The notes beneath the pieces were generated by a model. It was not told the DNA's origin. It saw only the letters and a program-made list of their open reading frames with translations, and did not search any database. DNA of 16,692 bases from Ginkgo biloba (taxonomy: Eukaryota > Plantae > Ginkgophyta). Below are positions 10,063-16,692 of the stretch, piece after piece; within the stretch, counting starts at the first letter, position 1; each line of letters opens with the position of its first letter. Location: NCBI GenBank assembly GCA_024626585.2, contig JANKJI020000002.1, positions 156,737,162 to 156,753,853 on the forward strand, read 5' to 3'. Made by a program: the position numbers and the translations under genes.

Positions 10063-11325
10063 TCTATCTGGACTCTAGGTCTTCTGAGTGTCCTTGCTTA
10101 GATCCCTCAGCTGAGTCTTCCCTAGGGACAGCTGATTATTGATGTTATTGAATGTACTAATTTTTATTTTTAATCAAAGCGAATGCTAGTCCCACCATCC
10201 CTTCCCCCTTGAACTCCTGCCCCACCTTGTTTGACTGAAATTTACATTCCCAGATTCCTCTTTTCTTCCACAGGGACNNNNNNNNNNNNNNNNNNNNNNN
10301 NNNNNNNNNNNNNNNNNNNNNNNNNNNNNNNNNNNNNNNNNNNNNNNNNNNNNNNNNNNNNNNNNNNNNNNNNNNNNGTAGATGGCGAGGGTAAAATCCC
10401 ATGAACTTGTTAAAGGTAATAAAACCTATACCTTTCCAAGGAACCTTAATACCTTTGGAAACAACAATAAAACTAACCATGCTAACCTTGTTAAACATGC
10501 AAAAATATTTTAGGGGGGTATTGATATAATGCTTCTATTATCCCCTTTTTCTTTGATTTTCACCTCCCCCAGACTGAGGAGAGCTCCAATATTTTCCATT
10601 TTGTCAGTTGCATTATTTTTGCAACTGACAAGCATGTTTGGAATATGAGAAGGGCACCATATCTTTGAGCCTAGATTTCTGTATAGTTTGCACCCAGCAC
10701 CGAAACATATGAGTACCTAGCCAGTACGCTCTTGTTGCTAGAAATGTATTCCAAATATACAACATGACCCATGTGCTGTCAGCAACAAGAGTCAATTTTA
10801 CGTTTTTTTCTTTGAGCAAATAGAAATTGCTACTATTTCTATCAAATCTTCAACATAATACACTTAAAGATGGAGACAACTGCTTTGTCCTTGCTACATA
10901 TGAAAACCACAATAATTAACACTTTAACACACTATTAACACAATACTATCTAGCCTTTGAGAAAAAAAGGGTAAGACCTTGTCACAAATCAATTAAAAAA
11001 TGCATAGCCTGGCTAGCACCACACAACAATTCCTAAGCTTTAATAACATCCTTATGTTGCTTTACATGTATTCTTCTTGGCATCTGTAGAATTCCAACTC
11101 CATTATTGAACTGAGGGTTAAGTAATCACAACATATGCATTTTCATCTTTGAAATGCTCACTTGATAAAGTCATGCAAGAATATATAAATTTAATTTTCA
11201 ATTCCATATTAATTATTTCATTTGAAAATTGTAACAGATTGTAATTGTTTTCAACTTTTACACATGCTAGAACAGTTAAGAAAAAATAGCTAAGAAAAAA
11301 CATCCAGCTGTGAAAAAACTTTGTG

Positions 11326-11547
11326 CCGTTCGCCAGACTTGTGAGCACTGTTCGCTAGACCAGACCACCGCTCATTGAACATCAAAGTCTTTTGTTGCAC
11401 TTGCAGACAACTGTCCACTGAACATCAAAGTCGTTTGCTGAACATACAGATAGTCATTCGTTGAACACCAAAGTCGGTGGCTGAACTCAACAAACACAAA
11501 CCACCGTTCGCTGAACCCAAGCAAACGTAGACCACTGTTTGCTGAAG
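11326..11547. repeat. Array of ~9 degenerate 13-bp motifs, consensus CCGTTCGCTGAAC, with variable short spacers
   Basis: Copies read directly: CCGTTCGCCAGAC, CTGTTCGCTAGAC, CCGCTCATTGAAC, CTGTCCACTGAAC, TCGTTTGCTGAAC, TCATTCGTTGAAC, TCGGTGGCTGAAC, CCGTTCGCTGAAC, CTGTTTGCTGAAG. The linker AYCAAAG recurs three times. Confidence 0.8.
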
Positions 11548-11628
11548 CTGTGTACCCTATTTTCTCAACTGAAAAACTAAAAACACAGATTTTTCTAAGA
11601 ATTGGGCCTTGATGACTAAATCTTAACA

Positions 11629-11722
11629 TTTTGAACATAAACTAAAGTGTTGCATGCCTCTGCCCAGTATGCTCTAGGGAGTTGCTTCTCTTGCAACATG
11701 CATCTTGAAGCCTCCACTATTG
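11629..11722 (-). mobile_element. Ty1/copia integrase fragment
   Basis: Minus strand IVEASRCMLQEKQLPRAYWAEACNTLVYVQN matches copia TIVE.AR.ML.EK.LP..FWAEAVNTAVY..NR. It is cut at 11628 by a sequence starting TGTTAAGA and bounded on the other side by a gap. Confidence 0.88.
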
Positions 11723-11822
11723 NNNNNNNNNNNNNNNNNNNNNNNNNNNNNNNNNNNNNNNNNNNNNNNNNNNNNNNNNNNNNNNNNNNNNNNNNNNNNN
11801 NNNNNNNNNNNNNNNNNNNNNN

Positions 11823-12950
11823 ACCTCTTTTTGGTAGATGTCACATTTGGACAACTTGGCATATTTCTCCTTTCGAAGGATGTCTACTACCATCTGTAGA
11901 TGCCCTCAACACTCCTGGTTATTCTTGTTAAAGATCATGTTGTGATCGAGGAAACCAACACAAACTTTCCCAAGTATGGCTTGAGGATATTATTCATTAA
12001 CCTCATAAATGTGGTAGGAGCATTTGTTAGTCCAAAGGGCATAANNNNNNNNNNNNNNNNNNNNNNNNNNNNNNNNNNNNNGTGGTGAGTGCAATCTTTT
12101 CCCCATCCTTCTTATGGATTTGAATCTAATGATAGCCACTCCTCAAGTCTATTTTGGAAAACATGGGGGCTCCTTTGATGGTATCTAATAGATCATTGAT
12201 CCATGGAAGAGGATACTTATAATAAATGGTGACTTTATTCAATGCATGGTAATCCACACACATTCTCATGGATCCAACTTTCTTATGAACTAATAACATT
12301 GGTACACCATAAGGAGATTTAGAAGGTTGGATAAACATCTAATGTATTGATTCTTGTATTTGCTTCTCTACTTCTTCCTTATCGACATGGCTCAAATGAT
12401 AAGACAACTAATACATTGGCCTTGATCCTTCTTCCAATTGAATTTGGTGGTCCACTTTCCGTTCTTCAACTCTCTTGGTAGATCTTCATAAAAGACATCA
12501 GCATATTCTTCCAACAATGGTGTTATTTCTTCATGCACATCCTTTGAGACTTATCTTTATGTGGCACATACCTTACAAATAGCCCACAACATTGGCTACT
12601 TTCCTTTTCTGCCACCCTCTTAAATTTTACGACTGAGATGAATTGTAACAACCTCCACCTTAAGCCTGCAAGTCTGGTTAGTAATTCATAGATATAATTC
12701 CCACAATCAATATACAAATATGAGCACATCGGATAAAAGAAATACATAGAAAAACATTATGAGTCAATAAATAACTTTCATATGCATAAGTTCCAATGCA
12801 ATCAAGCATGACTCATGGACAGGGTCCAAGGTAAGACTGTTATCGATAAGATACACCACTGTTGGCTAGTAGGATGCAAAGCCTTGGAGGACTTCACTGC
12901 AACTACCAACCAAATCTCGGGCACCATAAAGGTTCACCCTCAACCCCATC
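11823..12950 (-). mobile_element. Decayed Ty3/gypsy (chromovirus-like) protease-RT fragment
   Basis: Protease remnants (ILLANSG, IGTY, NVFLCISF). RT: [103 protein letters not shown], degenerate FLDH in place of YLDD, YAKLSKC. Confidence 0.93.
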
Positions 12951-13073
12951 NNNNNNNNNNNNNNNNNNNNNNNNNNNNNNNNNNNNNNNNNNNNNNNNNN
13001 NNNNNNNNNNNNNNNNNNNNNNNNNNNNNNNNNNNNNNNNNNNNNNNNNNACTTGGGAATTGTACTCAACATT

Positions 13074-13088
13074 TGGTATCGTTGTTGA
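13074..13088 (+). promoter_or_regulatory. Degenerate primer-binding site, probably tRNA-Asp type
   Basis: TGGTATCGTTGTTGA lies 2 nt after CAACA. It differs from TGGCGCCGTTGCCGG (complement of the plant tRNA-Asp 3' end) by six C>T/G>A transitions only. The first 7 nt also fit the tRNA-Met(i) PBS TGGTATC. Confidence 0.5.
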
Positions 13089-13147
13089 TTTAGATTGAAC
13101 ATGGGAAACCACTGAACATTCGAGTTCCCAATCATGGGTGGTGACAA

Positions 13148-13218
13148 TGATCGTGAGAGATATTAGTAGGAAATTGATGTTTGATCGTGAGAGATATTAG
13201 TAGGAAATTGATGTTTGA
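13148..13218 (+). repeat. Perfect 34-bp tandem duplication
   Basis: TGATCGTGAGAGATATTAGTAGGAAATTGATGTT at 13148-13181 and 13182-13215, followed by TGA (3-bp microhomology). Confidence 0.95.
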
Positions 13219-15477
13219 AAGCAGAGAATAATTGACAAACTATGTCTGAGTTCGAACAAAATTTCTATCCCAATGAAGTTGGCCATTATTCCAACTTTGT
13301 TGGTTGAGTGGTTGCAAGAACTTGAAAGGCAAAGGATAATTGTGCAAATGGAGGTAAGAAGAAGTGAGTAACAATCACCTGAACAAGCATAAGTTCATGG
13401 CAAATGATCGACAATCTTGCAACTCTTTGATGCATTACCTAACTTGTTGCAGCAAATCTGGTATCGGAGAGAGGACATAGAAGCGGTCTAGAGAAATTGG
13501 AATTTTATGCATCTGCATCATATTATTTTCACAGCTTTCAATGAAAGGTCGATGGCAAATTTGTACACCGCTACAATGAGGATGTGGTGATTTGCGTAGA
13601 CATCTTTATGGGGATTTTAAAAGTAAGTTGTTCGTGAGCGCTTGATGTAGGGTATATAAAGAATTTGCTCTACTTATTTGATGATCAACGTGTACTGCTG
13701 AATAGAGGGAATAAAAAAACCAACAAAAAGACAGAAGAATATGTTGTTGGACAAGATTCCCTTCAAGTAGACGTGCAAGATGTTGTGAGTTAGAAACATT
13801 ATTCCTGTGAAGCAATTGATGTTGCAGACCTTCTTGCACAATTAAGTCTTGAAGATTGAAGGGTGTTGAGGGAGAGCACACCTAGTCTTGTTGAGGCTTG
13901 TTGCGAAATCCAAGCATAGACCGAAAGAGGAATATTAGCGGCTCAATTCACCAAAGGCTATTCGATGACTATATCAGCGACCCAACAAGCTTAGGATAGG
14001 ATGTGATAGGGTGACACATCTACACGACAAACTATTATGGTCAAACGTGCGATAATGGGGAAGCTAATCCAAAATGATGTAGTTGTGGATAATCTTCTAG
14101 AAGTGAATTCCCTTTCCATACGAGAGGACCATGTGACTAAGATTACGATAAAGGTAATGGATCGAGATTTGAAGCAGACTATCATGAATGGTAGACCAAG
14201 TGTGAATATTATTTTCAAGANNNNNNNNNNTGTATGGTGGCAACTTGGCCAACTTACACTTCGGCTAGGAAAGTTCCGACTAGGAATGGCAGATCAAAGG
14301 CAGGTGGAGTTGCGAGGATTGTTGATGGGATAAGTTATTCACATTTGAAGTCAAACATTCATGGTGTGACTTGTAGTTTTTCCAATGTATCAAGGGGTTC
14401 CATCTTACCCTGCGTTACTTGGATGGTCATGGTTATGACAAGCAAGAGTAATTCAATATTCGATAAAGGACACTCTATCCATCAAACAAAATGGTAAGAG
14501 GCTTTGTATTGATTTGAGGAACTAGATGATAAGTGAAGAACTCACATTTCATTCTAGCTTGAACAAGGAATAAGAAGATGACGACGACGAAGGGAAGGTG
14601 GCCTTCGAAGAAAGTTTGCAGTCTAAGAATGACCCATATGAGCCTATAGAAGATGGTGTGCTAGATCCATGTTCGAAGTATAATGTCCTCTCGGATAGTG
14701 GACTATTGCACTTGCAATTAGGGTAATACGAAATGTTTTCTCTTAGATGTTTCCAGGTAGATATTGATCAACAAGAGAAAGGAGACGATCCAATTGCTAT
14801 TGTAAATAGTGTACAGAATGGTGCAAAGAGTAGCAAACAAGAGGAAGGGTAGGTGGGGTGCAACAAATTGCATGCATATGCATGACATTTATTAGAAGAA
14901 TAATTTGGTTAAAGAAGATGGAGGCTACACTTGCACATTCCTTCTCTAGCAAGGAAGAGACTCAATATGAAGACTTGGCAACTATGGAACCCAACCTGGG
15001 CACAAAGGAGAATCCTTAGAAGATCATAATCAAGAGCTCTTAGGACCNNNNNNNNNNNNNNNNNNNNNNNNNNNNNNNNNNNNNNNNNNNNNNNNNNNNN
15101 NNNNNNNNNNNNNNNNNNNNNNNNNNNNNNNNNNNNNNNNNNNNNNNCACGGGGAGCATCTTTCACTTGATAAGATGCAATCTTCCCCTTCTCCTCTCCC
15201 CCAAAAGATTGAATCCTAGACTTATATGTTTCCATTTTCGTTTGCTGTGGCTTCTATTGTTGTCGTTGTTGCTGCTACAACTCTAATAACTTGGAATGAT
15301 GCAACTTCCTGCAGTTCCTCCTCATGTGTTCGTGCTTGCCACACTACTAGCACCTTGGTTTACATTGCCCCCTTACACCNNNNNNNNNNNNNNNNNNNNN
15401 NNNNNNNNNNNNNNNNNNNNNNNNNNNNNNNNNNNNNNNNNNNNNNNNNNNNNNNNNNNNNNNNNNNNNNNNNNNNN

Positions 15478-16692
15478 ATTTTTCCAAAATTTGATAGGAA
15501 AAATAAATATGGGCACAATCACACCACAACAAGAACAATAGTGCGGGCTTAAAACAACCTCGCACACCACAAACAAAGAAATATTTATTGATTTTGGGCT
15601 TAACTTTGCTTTGTTCACCTCGCAGGGCACCGATATTTGTTCAAAACTTTAGTTTATGCACAAGTAGCTGGAATTCAAGACATAAAATCATCAGTCATCA
15701 CACAGGATGCCAAAATTTGACCATATAACCTTCTTCAAATGAGAGAAGATAACATTTTATACACAAACATCTTTTCAATACTTAAAAATAAAATATAGTT
15801 AGTCCTTTTTACCATACGACCATGGACTAAAGTATTAAGCACTTTTTAATTAAATATTTTTTTCTATAGTTAAAACTTAGGGGTCAAATTTAAAAAATTT
15901 CAAACTCCATCTGCATGCGTCACAGTTCCCGATTTTGGATTTTTTCGAATCATTCAATCTCCCTAGCATTTGGTTTCGACTTTGGCTTCACGATCGCTTG
16001 TGCTGCATTACACTGATCTCTTGTTGAGCTCCAGCATTCACGATTCCTATGTCCACTAGTCTCTTGGCGTTCCACGACGATTCACGGCAAGTCTTCTGCT
16101 ATGTTGGTCTCTTGATTACATGCCTTGTCTGTACTGTTGTGCATCTCCTAGTATCTTGCAACAATCGCAATGACAACGACAATGGCTTTTCCCTTCAAAC
16201 TACAACTAAATGGCGAGGGCTCCACATTCAAATTTTGTTTCACCTCTCTCGACTGCAAACAACGAGTTTCCCACCTATTATCAACTTTCCTTAGTGACAA
16301 TCCATGCTCTCCCACAGTGGCCAGAACTTGCTCAAGCGAACTCACAACGAACGACTTTATCCACGTCGTTTTTTCCCCGAATGATGAATGTGTTTTCTCA
16401 TCACCTGCGTCCCTTGTTCTTCTCCCACGTGCAACTCTTCAAGTCCACATATAGTGTATGTTTACCACGAGCCATGATCCGTTTCAGATCCCAAAAGTCA
16501 AGATTTCTGTCAATTTTTCCTAAAGTCCCAACTTGCAGTTGGAATTTGGAAAAAAGTAATCAATTTTGAGCTAATAGTCCTCAAGGAAAGAGTTGTGGAA
16601 TTCTCAAAGAGCTTTACAAAGAAGTTGACGGCTTAAGAAACAGAGTTATGGTTCGAGAGTTTCAACCCGATCCAGGTCCAAGACCTTGTTTT
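15478..16692. other. Non-coding, relatively CpG-retaining segment, probably LTR/TE-derived
   Basis: No recognisable protein in any frame. The AAAGAGTTGTGG...AGCTTTACAA...GAAACAGAGTTA tract near 16587-16648 resembles motifs common in plant TE non-coding regions (recollection only). Confidence 0.25.

Larger units (their letters stand above)
13051..15047 (+). mobile_element. 5' portion of a non-chromovirus Ty3/gypsy element: LTR end, PBS, eroded gag, protease, linker to RT
   Basis: LTR-like end ..CTCAACA (13071) plus PBS, then an FEFPI gag-start-like motif (~13119). Protease: TIMNGRPSVNII (cf. IVDGGSGVNI), W.QLGQLTL...FRLGMADQR and YPALLGWSWL*QARV (14406). Linker: GLLHLQLG*YEMF (14700) and NLGTKENP*KIII just before the gap. 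Confidence 0.82.

Noticed and set aside
10157-10277. LINE 3' end (SLWKKRGIWECKF plus A-rich tail on the minus strand)
   Set aside because: Too short and truncated by a gap; no RT or endonuclease motif or TSD to support it.
11394-11405. GTTGCACTTGCA (VALA) as the start of the next HflX exon
   Set aside because: Not preceded by AG and continues DNCPL rather than QMEYQLPRL; chance match inside the repeat array.
11326-11547. CRISPR-like array (palindromic repeats with variable spacers)
   Set aside because: Units are only ~13 bp and degenerate, most spacers are short and partly repeated, there are no cas genes, and the context is eukaryotic TE DNA.
12521-13071. TGTTA...CAACA as a complete 5' LTR
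   Set aside because: 12521-12950 reads as continuous minus-strand protease/linker (..EEITPLLEEYADVF); only the part after the gap looks like an LTR end.
14037-14130. Second, duplicated protease active-site motif (VVVDNLLEVNSL)
   Set aside because: Lacks the DxG-like core; better explained as the gag-protease linker preceding the real motif (TIMNGRPSVNII).
1372-15630. Listed ORFs containing long X runs
   Set aside because: They reach the length threshold only by reading through N-gaps.
16049-16569. Cluster of overlapping 65-119 aa ORFs
   Set aside because: Overlapping in several frames with no domain motifs; explained by locally higher GC content.

Overview
AT-rich, gap-ridden eukaryotic DNA, almost certainly a large-genome land-plant nuclear scaffold. 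The retroelement motifs resemble fern/gymnosperm-type families, which is an inference from memory. The window has 16 N-gaps, 7 of them exactly 100 N. The only intact host coding sequence I can support is a single 115-nt internal exon (8694-8808, +) of the plant HflX-family GTPase gene (Arabidopsis At5g57960-like), with canonical AG/GT splice sites, inside a ~1.8-kb T-rich intron-like island. Most of the rest is a mosaic of decayed LTR-retrotransposon fragments: two chromovirus-like Ty3/gypsy pol pieces (2-1440 +, 11823-12950 -), several non-chromovirus (Tat/Athila-like) gypsy gag/protease/RT pieces, one Ty1/copia integrase piece and LTR-like non-coding tracts. Most listed ORFs are shadows or fragments of these fossils. 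I do not see a convincing novel biological system. The most unusual items are the lone exon in apparently giant TE-filled introns, an array of ~9 palindromic GTTC-N3-GAAC-type motifs, and a decayed minus-strand ORF with its own TATA box inside a putative retroelement.
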